Source: a bacterium (lineage in GTDB: Bacteria > Electryoneota > Electryoneia > Electryoneales > Electryoneaceae). Taken from it: DNA of 64,000 bases. The DNA lies in contig JAIOHU010000228.1 in assembly GCA_019912845.1 (NCBI GenBank), forward strand, positions 1,509 through 65,508. The letters run 5' to 3'. This document shows, piece by piece, positions 29,578-38,439 of the stretch. Both the position numbers and the translations under genes were made by a program. Within the stretch, counting starts at the first letter, position 1. Each line of letters opens with the position of its first letter. The notes beneath the pieces are model-generated. The model saw only the letters and a program-made list of their open reading frames with translations, was not told the origin of the DNA and did not search any database.

Positions 29578-32160
29578 GTGGATGGGGAGGATTTTTTGAA
29601 GGAAAAGGTAGCACGTTTCCTGATTGTGGGAACCGGAATCATTCTGTTTGCAGTGTTGATGCTGTTTACGGTAAATGACAGTACCAAGATTGCTGCCTGG
29701 CGAACATCGGGCACAGTCCACAGCGGTATTGTTGTGGTTGATGACAGCACACTGACCTTTACTCGTATTGAAGCCAGTGATTTTATTCTTCCTCCTGTCC
29801 CCTCTTCCGGTGATACGATACTGACAATCGATGATTCCACTGCAACCTATTCCCGTTGGCAATATTTCTTCGAAACTGATTCTCCTCCCGGGAAACGGGT
29901 TGCGATCAACTACCTTCACAATGCGACTCTTCACAGCACAGTGATCGAATCCTCACCAGTTAAGAAGGGTGATTTTGTCAGCTTGCTCATCCTTCACATT
30001 CTAAGATTTCTTATCACACTTTCATTTCTTGTCGTTGGACTCTGGGCATATTTGAAACGTCCCGATTCCTCAGCGATACGTATACTGGCATTATTCTGTT
30101 TTTCAATGGCTGGTGTGATGTTGAGTGCTGTTCGCATTTTATCTGAGAATCTGGCAGCATTCGATATTCCAGCGCACAATCAGATACTGCTTATTACAAA
30201 CATACTTGCCCTGTTTTTCAGTGCTTTCTGGCTGAACCTGCACATGATCTTCCCTCGTCCAAATAAGGTCATGCAACGTTCACCAAAACTGGCTTATGCG
30301 ATTTGTTACCTACCGCAGACAATTTTGATTCTAATTCGTCTGTTTTTTCCGGAGTGGCGTCTGCTTTCACCAGTTCTAGTGAGCATCCTGGTTGGTTACC
30401 TTCTGGCAGGGATAGGCTTGTTGATTCGGAATTATTTCAAAACTCGAAACAGCCTGGAGCGACGTCAGGTTAAAATCGTTATGTGGGGGACTGCACTCGG
30501 ACTGCTGATGCTGTTCATCTTGAGTGTGCTTTCCAACTTGTTTGCTGAAAACTATGGCTCCCTGACACTCTTTGTTCAACTCATGCTTGTAAATCTAACG
30601 TTTCTCGCTCTATTACTTTCACCACTCTCCATCGCATACGCCTTTGGCAGATATGGGTTGCTGGAAGTTGAAGGACGGCTGAAACGTGGTACACTTTTCC
30701 TTGTTGCAACCACGGTTTTAATTGGTGCATTTCTTGGAATCGTGTATGGGATCGGTGAGTTTACGCTGGGAGTGTTGAACATTGAAAGCCGTACCCCGAC
30801 ACTTATTATTGCGATTGTCCTGGCGATTGGATTCACTCCCGCGCAGAGACGAGTGCAGCGTTTTTTTGAGTATCGTATCTATCCCGAACGTCAAAAATTG
30901 CGCACCATGATTCAGGATTTTCTGCAGACCATCCTCTCCTACTCAGATCAGGGTACTTTCTGGCAGTTTATCGAAGGTAAGCTGAAGGATGTTCTTGGTG
31001 TTGAGAATGTTTTTCCGATCTTGAGAGATGATGACGACCGTTTTCTGGAATTTGAAAGCAACACGGAAACACCCTTCGCGCCTGAGAGTCAGTTTGTGCT
31101 GGCGATAGAAAAAGAAGGTCGACCGCTTCCTGTAGATGAGATCATCGCCAGTGACCGTATCCATCTTTCGAGCGAAGAAAAGGTCTGGTTGACAAATAAC
31201 CGTGTCGCATTGATCCTCCCAATGATCGCACAATCCCGGATGCTTGGTTTTCTTTGTCTTGGTTTTAAGGAAGACCGTAAGGATTTTGCTGGAGAGGATT
31301 TGCAGATTTTACGTTCCCTTGCGAACCAGGTAGCGTTGGCTTATGAAAATGTTCGCTTGATCGAGGAAAACCTTGTCAAACGGCGTATGGAACGAGAACT
31401 TCAAATCGCCCGTAATGTTCAGGAAGGTTTTTTACCGCAGAAAATCCCGAATACCCCCGGTTTGGATGTTGCAGCCAGAAGTCGATTTTGCACGGAGGTT
31501 GCTGGAGATTATTACGATGTCATTTCGACAGAAGATAACCGTACCCTTCTGGCTGTTGGTGATGTTTCCGGCAAGGGTGCAGGGGCAGCGTTATTGATGG
31601 CGAATTTGCAGGCATCTTTACGTACTGCTACCCGGATGGGTGGGGTATTAAGTGAAATCGTGGCAGGTATTAATGACCTGATTGTGCAGAACACCCCCCC
31701 GGAAGATTATATCACTTTCTTTGTCGCTGTGTTTGATCCTGCAAAGAACGAGCTGACATATGTAAATGCCGGGCACAACCCGCCTATTTTACTTCTCAGT
31801 GATGGCTCCACACGTTCGCTCTCTACGGGTGGTTTGATTCTGGGGACGCTTCCCGGGATGCATTATGAGCAGGAGACAATTGCTCTTAATCCTGGATCAA
31901 TGATGCTGCTCTACACTGATGGCATCAGCGAAGCGATGAACGGTGACGAAGAAGAATTCGGAGAGGATCGAATCGAAGCCTACCTGAGAGCGAACCGTGC
32001 GCAAAACTGCGACAAATTACTTGAAAACCTTGAAAAGGAGGTATTGATATACCGCGGGCAGGAATTGCTGGAGGACGATTGTACTCTTTTGCTGGCTTGT
32101 GTGAAAAGTACTGACGCTGACGGTTCAACTAATAGTCATAAGAATCCTGACTCTGCATAG
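29578..32160 (+). CDS. membrane sensor serine phosphatase, SpoIIE/PP2C (RsbU-like) family, with extracellular domain, multi-TM module and GAF-like domain
   Basis: C-terminal PP2C region FLPQKIPNTPGLDVAARSRFCTEVAGDYYDVI…LAVGDVSGKGAGAALLMANLQASLR…LLLYTDGISEA. N-terminus is one TM plus ~120-aa periplasmic domain plus 7-8 TM. Start codon uncertain (GTG 29578 or TTG 29599). Confidence 0.8.
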   Translation: MDGEDFLKEKVARFLIVGTGIILFAVLMLFTVNDSTKIAAWRTSGTVHSGIVVVDDSTLTFTRIEASDFILPPVPSSGDTILTIDDSTATYSRWQYFFETDSPPGKRVAINYLHNATLHSTVIESSPVKKGDFVSLLILHILRFLITLSFLVVGLWAYLKRPDSSAIRILALFCFSMAGVMLSAVRILSENLAAFDIPAHNQILLITNILALFFSAFWLNLHMIFPRPNKVMQRSPKLAYAICYLPQTILILIRLFFPEWRLLSPVLVSILVGYLLAGIGLLIRNYFKTRNSLERRQVKIVMWGTALGLLMLFILSVLSNLFAENYGSLTLFVQLMLVNLTFLALLLSPLSIAYAFGRYGLLEVEGRLKRGTLFLVATTVLIGAFLGIVYGIGEFTLGVLNIESRTPTLIIAIVLAIGFTPAQRRVQRFFEYRIYPERQKLRTMIQDFLQTILSYSDQGTFWQFIEGKLKDVLGVENVFPILRDDDDRFLEFESNTETPFAPESQFVLAIEKEGRPLPVDEIIASDRIHLSSEEKVWLTNNRVALILPMIAQSRMLGFLCLGFKEDRKDFAGEDLQILRSLANQVALAYENVRLIEENLVKRRMERELQIARNVQEGFLPQKIPNTPGLDVAARSRFCTEVAGDYYDVISTEDNRTLLAVGDVSGKGAGAALLMANLQASLRTATRMGGVLSEIVAGINDLIVQNTPPEDYITFFVAVFDPAKNELTYVNAGHNPPILLLSDGSTRSLSTGGLILGTLPGMHYEQETIALNPGSMMLLYTDGISEAMNGDEEEFGEDRIEAYLRANRAQNCDKLLENLEKEVLIYRGQELLEDDCTLLLACVKSTDADGSTNSHKNPDSA

Positions 32161-32244
32161 GATCGAGGCGATGTGTGAGTGCACTACAGGACTGCATCTA
32201 CCCAATTCCAGTTTCAAATGAAGAAAGCTAAAACCCTCTGATAA

Positions 32245-33009
32245 TTATATCGCAAGATTGTAGGTTCTTTTTAGTGATTCCAGAAGTTCTTCAAGTTTTG
32301 TGTTTCTAATCCCAAAAGTTTTCAGATTGACATTTCCTTCATCCTGAACCAGTTCTATAAACATCCGCAAATCTTCTGCTATACTCGATGGTAGATTCAC
32401 TTTCGATTCTTCGCTCAATAATTGATAGAGACGAAATACATCATTGCGATGTTTCTTGATATCTTTGCTGTCAACATTTTCCCCATCATTTTTTCTCTTT
32501 CGTAAATCCAACCAGGCTTTTGCTTTCAAAGGGATGAGTGTCAGTTCAGTAATTATCGGGACACCCTCGATCATCCTTCTGGTTAGCTGAATGAAATTGT
32601 AGTAGTCCTCATCCATGAGAATGGCGGACAAGCTAGAAACATCTTCGCTGATTGGAATCCTGGTAATTTTTGCTTCATCAGAGGCAGAGAACTTCCCTTG
32701 AGACCTGCCAAAGAGTTCCAGCATATAAGGGAAAGTTTCATCTGCAGGATTGAAAAAGCGGTAGAAAAGTTGTTTTCCAGTACTCTTCTGTTGATTCTTG
32801 TAGTTTACAGTTTTGACGAACTCCCAAAAAGCTTTGCCAAAATTATCGTCCAGTTTTTCAATAAATAGGACAATATCAATATCCTTCGTCCCTCTGAAAT
32901 CAATTCCTGCATCCTCAAATAGAACGGAACACGCTGTTCCGCCGATTATCACAAATTGGTCTGAATAATCATAAAAATGATCTCTGAAAACTCCGAATCC
33001 TCTTACCAT
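32245..33009 (-). CDS. nucleotidyltransferase, AbiEii/AbiGii (DUF1814) toxin-like
   Basis: N-terminal NTase signature hGG[ST]…D.D: FVIIGGTACSVLFEDAGIDFRGTKDIDIV. ~250 aa. C-terminal RNDVFRLYQLL resembles the basic AbiEii C-motif. Low GC (~37%) versus neighbours. 7-nt overlap with upstream partner. Confidence 0.5.
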   Translation of the reverse strand: MVRGFGVFRDHFYDYSDQFVIIGGTACSVLFEDAGIDFRGTKDIDIVLFIEKLDDNFGKAFWEFVKTVNYKNQQKSTGKQLFYRFFNPADETFPYMLELFGRSQGKFSASDEAKITRIPISEDVSSLSAILMDEDYYNFIQLTRRMIEGVPIITELTLIPLKAKAWLDLRKRKNDGENVDSKDIKKHRNDVFRLYQLLSEESKVNLPSSIAEDLRMFIELVQDEGNVNLKTFGIRNTKLEELLESLKRTYNLAI

Positions 33010-33986
33010 TGTATTTTCTCCATCATCTCAGTAATAGCCTGTTGAACTCGTTCGTCAGACTCGTCTTGAAGACTTAGAAATAGTGAGAATGGATCAACAA
33101 CTGAATTGCTGGTAAATATTTCCGGTGCATAACTCCAGATTTCAATTTCAGTCGCTTCTGGATCTTGAGGCGGGATTTCGACTATTTCTTCATGTTGTCT
33201 GTGAAATCGCCATTCTTTCATACTCAGAGCAAATACCTCCTTAGCAGGCTGATTGAGCATCGAATACTCCGCCAATGCGCTCAATCCTGATCTCAATTTC
33301 AACCATCTAAAATTTTTTGCATGAATCCACATTCGCTTTTTCACGGGATTGCATAAATAGGGCATAGCATTATTCCAGAATTCTTTTTTGCTTGAATTGA
33401 TTTGCAATAATCTTTCCCGTCCCTGGTGAATAGCAGTTGCGATTTCTAATGTTTCTATCTCATCAAATACCCTTGTCAAAGTCATTGGGCTGTAATCCAA
33501 TTTTTCCGCCAGCTTGGTTGGGGTCAGGGACTGAACATCGAAATTGTGCAAAATGTACAGGATGACGGTCTGTGTAGAAGGACTGAATTGAGAGATTACA
33601 TTCTTGAGCTTGCGGTAATACTCCCTGAAATCTATTGCGAGCATGGGCAGATATATTTGATTGCCTGGAATGACAAAAGGTATTTTCTGTTCTACGAGTC
33701 GCTTTCGATTATAAGCTGTTACCTGCCCATCAAGAAACAGCACTTCAAAATTAGATAATTCCATCACTCTCAGAAGGTGTTTGCGGATCAATGCAGGAGT
33801 ACGCGCCAAGTCTCCTTTTGCTTCCATCACCAGGACAGGCAGTTCGAGGATAGTTGTGAGGTGAAAAGAATATTGGTCTGTTAAAAAATGAGGCAGACGT
33901 TTGGAATCTTTCCAGAGAGCAAGATCAAGTTCGAGCCCCAGGGCATCCCTCATGTATTTTTGAAAATCTCTAGTCAGATTACGCAT
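33003..33986 (-). CDS. partner protein of the NTase (HTH-like segment LTPTKLAEKLDYSPMTLTRVFDEIE); possible AbiEi-like antitoxin/regulator
   Basis: Co-oriented and translationally coupled upstream ORF. Start assigned to ATG 33986 (MRNLTRDF…); the ORF-track TTG at 34106 adds 40 hydrophobic aa. Low GC. No confident family assignment. Confidence 0.35.
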   Translation of the reverse strand: MRNLTRDFQKYMRDALGLELDLALWKDSKRLPHFLTDQYSFHLTTILELPVLVMEAKGDLARTPALIRKHLLRVMELSNFEVLFLDGQVTAYNRKRLVEQKIPFVIPGNQIYLPMLAIDFREYYRKLKNVISQFSPSTQTVILYILHNFDVQSLTPTKLAEKLDYSPMTLTRVFDEIETLEIATAIHQGRERLLQINSSKKEFWNNAMPYLCNPVKKRMWIHAKNFRWLKLRSGLSALAEYSMLNQPAKEVFALSMKEWRFHRQHEEIVEIPPQDPEATEIEIWSYAPEIFTSNSVVDPFSLFLSLQDESDERVQQAITEMMEKIQW

Positions 33987-34139
33987 TGATCCTCCGATAA
34001 TAACTGTCTTTGTGCACATTAACATAATTATTGTTAACGTGTAAAACAATAGATAGGATTCAATTGAGCAAACAATGATTGGAGGGACGGCAGAAATGTC
34101 ACTCAATTACTCAGTACCAATGTGGAAGTATTCCCAATG

Positions 34140-34391
34140 ACACCGAATCGCTTCGTTCCGCCCCTACAGGGTTGATTGGGAGAGGGTGGGTTCATTCTCT
34201 CCCCCAGTGCCACTTCGTTCCACAGGGGGCTACCCAAATACAACCGCACTGCGGTTGAACGAGCTGAGACCTTCCTAAATTTGGAACGTCACTCTCCGAA
34301 TTAATATGTAGCCTGGCGCGCTACCAGGATGGCTTTAACTGACAGTTTTGAAAGAACTCAAAAGTCTCGCACCAGCTGCGGATGTTGCGGA
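34140..34391. repeat. repeat cluster: degenerate R3 + hairpin gggagag..ctctccc (34140-34212), R3 (34213-34263), R5 ctgcggatgttgcgga (34376-34391)
   Basis: Seen directly. Sits between the NTase cassette and the next T9SS gene. Confidence 0.65.
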
Positions 34392-34655
34392 TTCACACAC
34401 CCTGCCTTTCAGTTTTACTGAGTTCGCAGTGATAGGTTTAGGTGATATCAATCAGAGCAATAACTCCTCCCGAGAATCATTTTTCAGTATTTATTATCAT
34501 TTTTTCTTTGTTTGGCTTGTGAAAACTCATAACTTGAAGAGTTTAGTAGTATACGTTCATTATACTTTTGATAACCACGCTGATTGATTTTATTTCATCT
34601 ACGGTGCCTAAGCCATGTAATTACAGTACTGAATTATAGCTGCAAGGGGGATCCC

Positions 34656-37289
34656 ATGCGATCATGTATCTATTCAACTATCCTGATACTTATCACCTCA
34701 ACTCTCTCATTTTCTCAACAGTATGTCTACATCGACTCAGATGAAAACGGAGGTCCGCAGTATGAGTGGGTAGACATATCTGAAACCGGCGAAACATTGG
34801 AAGTGCCGGGAGATGATGATTATACAGGCCCCTTTGATATTGGATTTGAATTTCCATTTTATGGTATCAACTATTCTGAATTCTATGTTGGTTCAAATGG
34901 CATGATTGGATTTTCTACAGCCGGAATGGCTAACATAGGAAATCAGAATCTCCCTCATCCAGCCAGACCTAACAATCTTATCGCCTGGTTCTGGGATGAC
35001 ATGGACCCTGCTAACGGTGAGGATGGAGAACTTTATTACCAGCTCTTCGACGATTACTGCATCATCCAGTTTAGTAACTGGGATCAATACCCAAACGGTC
35101 CTGAGCAGGAATCAATTACTGCGCAAATTCTTCTTTTTGAGGATGGTCGGATCATACTCCAATACCAGGAGGTTGAGGATGGCATTGATCTAAATTCGTG
35201 CACGGTGGGTGTTGAAAATGCTGATGGCACAAATGGTACGACTTACTGCTTTAATGATCGTAATCTGGCGCCTTATAATGGGTTGGCAATTCTCTTTGCG
35301 AATATTCCACCAAACTTGTCCGTTTCTGGAACAGTATTAGATGTTGTGACTGCCGAACCAATCCCAGATGTACGTATACTGATGAATAACCACGAAACTT
35401 TTACAGATGAGAATGGAGTTTATCAATACCAGGAATTCTATGCTGATTTTTATTCCTTTGTTGTTGCAGTCAATACTCATGTTCCTTTGCAACTTGATAC
35501 ACTATTAGAAGCAGGCGATCACACCATAAGTTTTGCACTTGAGCCAAGAGAACCTATTGAGCCTTTAGATGATTATTTCGTTGATTTTGAGGAAGGTCCA
35601 GGAATCTTTGAAAGTAGAGTCGAAGGACCAGGCACATGGGATCACGGAATTGTACAGGAGGATCCTGAACAGGCACACAGTGGCGAGAATGTCTGGCAGG
35701 CCGGTCTTCTTGCAGGTATGCCGAACAATACGACCGACACTTTAACGACAATTTCTCCTATTCCAATTAATGCTGTAAATGTGACTTTGAGCTATTGGCA
35801 TTGGTATGATATCCTATGGGGATGGGATGGTTACCAGGTGATTGTCTCCCCTGATTTTGGAATTACATGGGAGTTGATCTTTCCGGAAGAGGGATATGAC
35901 CGAGATCTAATACTCATTGAAGGACCCGGTTTTACAGGAGTCCATCGTGAATGGACACAGGTTCATTTTAATCTAGGTCAATATCAAGGTGAAGACCTTT
36001 TGATTGGTTTCTTCGTTGACACCGATGCAGCAGCCGTTCAGAGAGACGGAGTAGCGATTGATGATGTTGAAATTACTTTCCGTGATACCTTCACCTTTGA
36101 AATCTCACCCCTGCAACCCAACTATTTTGAGTTGGTTTCAACCTTCCTCGATCCCGCCAGTTTTGATCCTGCTGCTGAAGTGGTCTTTGGTGGCATCCCG
36201 AACCTGAGTATAGTTTACCAGGATGATGGCAGCATTTTTATTCCTGATGTGGCGAATACAATTGAGACTATTGCTGTCAGTGAAGCCTACAAAATCCATG
36301 TCGCTGATGAAGAAACTGTCTGGACAATGGATGGGCTACTGATCGAAGAACCGACTGAAATAGAATACCCGGTCAGCGGTGGTCAATGGAACTGGATCGG
36401 TTATCCATTCTCGGAACCTTACCCGATTGAATCAATACTTGGTGAATACGGAGAACAAATCGCTATTATGCTTTCCGATGATGGGCGCTTGTGGATACCG
36501 GAACTCATCAACACCATGGGTATGCAGCAGCCGGGGGAAGGGTATTACCTCTTTGCTCAGGATGATATGGTCATCACCTATTCCAACCCTGATATGGCAC
36601 GTGGAGCCGAGTATGTGGATTTTGTTGAACTTACGATTTCAGATGTAAATCCGCGTCCCACAGGACAACCCTACCCTGTTCTGCTTCGATTTGCTGATGA
36701 AGAGCTGAGGGCGTCTGTTGCTGAAATTGCAATCTATGATAACGACTTACTTGTGGGAAGATCGGAAGTGAGTGAAGAGCTGGAATGGATTCCGGTGATT
36801 TGCTGGGGTGGAAGTGAAGAATATGGAATACCGGGTTTTACAAGCGGCAATCCAATCACAGTGAACCTGTTAGACAAACATGGTGAATCTATCGAAGCAA
36901 TTATTCAGCCTGGATACCTCCATTCAAACAGCTTTGTTGCGGATGATAAACATTCGCCACATTTTGGTGACGGTCCCTTTGCAGCTTTTACAATCCAAAA
37001 TTCAGCATCAATTCATACACTACCTTCTCAGTTTGAAGTGGGAAGTCTCTACCCCAATCCATTTAATTCAACTTTGACTGTTCCCTTCATCTTGCCAGAA
37101 CCGAACGAAATACATTTTCTACTCTATAATACACTCGGTCAGTTACAGTATGATCAGATAGCGAAGTTTCCAGCTGGTCAACACCGATTTACGTTTGATA
37201 CTAGCGGAAAAATGGTGAGTGGTGTTTACTTCCTGAAGGTGCAGACAGGTGGTGAAAGTGTTGTGCAGAAGGTGATTTTGTTGAGGTAA
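34656..37289 (+). CDS. secreted protein with T9SS C-terminal sorting domain and carboxypeptidase-regulatory-like beta-sandwich region; function unknown
   Basis: Start at ATG 34656 (MRSCIYSTILILITSTLSFSQQ signal peptide). C-terminus LYPNPFNSTLTVPFILPEPNEIHFLLYNTLGQL…GVYFLKVQTGGESVVQKVILLR. Confidence 0.75.
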   Translation: MRSCIYSTILILITSTLSFSQQYVYIDSDENGGPQYEWVDISETGETLEVPGDDDYTGPFDIGFEFPFYGINYSEFYVGSNGMIGFSTAGMANIGNQNLPHPARPNNLIAWFWDDMDPANGEDGELYYQLFDDYCIIQFSNWDQYPNGPEQESITAQILLFEDGRIILQYQEVEDGIDLNSCTVGVENADGTNGTTYCFNDRNLAPYNGLAILFANIPPNLSVSGTVLDVVTAEPIPDVRILMNNHETFTDENGVYQYQEFYADFYSFVVAVNTHVPLQLDTLLEAGDHTISFALEPREPIEPLDDYFVDFEEGPGIFESRVEGPGTWDHGIVQEDPEQAHSGENVWQAGLLAGMPNNTTDTLTTISPIPINAVNVTLSYWHWYDILWGWDGYQVIVSPDFGITWELIFPEEGYDRDLILIEGPGFTGVHREWTQVHFNLGQYQGEDLLIGFFVDTDAAAVQRDGVAIDDVEITFRDTFTFEISPLQPNYFELVSTFLDPASFDPAAEVVFGGIPNLSIVYQDDGSIFIPDVANTIETIAVSEAYKIHVADEETVWTMDGLLIEEPTEIEYPVSGGQWNWIGYPFSEPYPIESILGEYGEQIAIMLSDDGRLWIPELINTMGMQQPGEGYYLFAQDDMVITYSNPDMARGAEYVDFVELTISDVNPRPTGQPYPVLLRFADEELRASVAEIAIYDNDLLVGRSEVSEELEWIPVICWGGSEEYGIPGFTSGNPITVNLLDKHGESIEAIIQPGYLHSNSFVADDKHSPHFGDGPFAAFTIQNSASIHTLPSQFEVGSLYPNPFNSTLTVPFILPEPNEIHFLLYNTLGQLQYDQIAKFPAGQHRFTFDTSGKMVSGVYFLKVQTGGESVVQKVILLR

Positions 37290-38051
37290 GGTAAGGCGGG
37301 CTCTGGGCGTTGGGCATTGGGCTTCGGTAGGTCGTAGCAAAAATCGTTGAAAGTGGAAGATTTGTCATGAAACAGTTTGTAATGTGTTTAACAAAAGGCA
37401 GTGTAATAATTATTGCTTTGGTCACCATTTCGTATGCTTGTTGGATTACTGTTCCAATTGAAAAATTGGTTGACAGTGCTGACGTCATCGTAATTGCTAC
37501 CATAACATCAATTGTGCATGCTGAATCCATACCTGATGGTCAGAACTCTACTTACGTGTTGGCTATTTATATGTTGAAGAAGTACTGAAAAATTCATTAA
37601 ACAACTATACCTTCAGCAAAAAAGACAGCCTCCCTTTAGCAATGCCAGCAAAGAAAAATGTAATACATTCATCAACAGATATATATTATGAAATTGGAGA
37701 TTCTGGTATCTGGATTCTTGATTTCAACAAAAAACGGTACTTGGATAAGGTTTCACCGAAAGTTGACCTGTTCCATGCTGATTATGTTGGTGATAGAATG
37801 GAAGTAAGTAGAAGGGAAGAAATTATCGAAATACTTGAAGGACGATATAACGCAGAATAATTGGAAGAAAAAAGAAAGCTCGAGAAAGAAATTCAATAGC
37901 AGGAAGTGTGCAAGGGAATGAATAATAAGACTGGCACGGTTTCTCTTGATAAAATCACGAAGGGGGTATCTGAGGTTGTTCAAGATCTCAGTTGATGCTT
38001 TTGGATGGAGGCATGAAACTCGAGGCAAGCTTCGAGCCACCCTTCTCTAAT

Positions 38052-38358
38052 ATCAATACCTTCCTGGATACTCAGTCTGTGGCAGGGTTCTACGAATCCA
38101 GCTAACTGCACGCTGGCATGACGCGGGCAACTGGATCCCGGCCCAACTCATCACCGGGATGACGAAAGGGTGAGAATGCCACACTGGAGAATAGTGCTCT
38201 GTGAAACCCTGGGATGAGTCAACAAGGATATATGTTTGTTGCATCAATGATATTGCAGTGAAATGATGTTTGCTGGTATAATCCCTCTCATCCCCGGGCC
38301 ACCCTGTCGCTTCGCTCGCAAAAACAAAATAATGCCACACTGGAGTTTGGCGCTCCAT
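38052..38358. repeat. repeat cluster: R1 long (38052-38127), hairpin cccaactcatcaccgggatgacg (38142-38164), R2 gccacactggag (38176-38199 and 38328-38358), TIR pair gggatgag…ctcatcccc (38208-38298)
   Basis: Seen directly. Confidence 0.65.
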
Positions 38359-38366
38359 GAAAACCT

Positions 38367-38411
38367 CAAAAAAAATACCCGGAACTCACGAAAGAAATCG
38401 AAAATTCCGGG
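38367..38411 (-). terminator. putative terminator of tricorn protease gene (minus strand)
   Basis: On the minus strand: cccggaa-(20-nt loop)-ttccggg followed by tattttttttgag. Confidence 0.45.
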
Positions 38412-38439
38412 TACTATTTTACTCATCAGATTCAAAATC

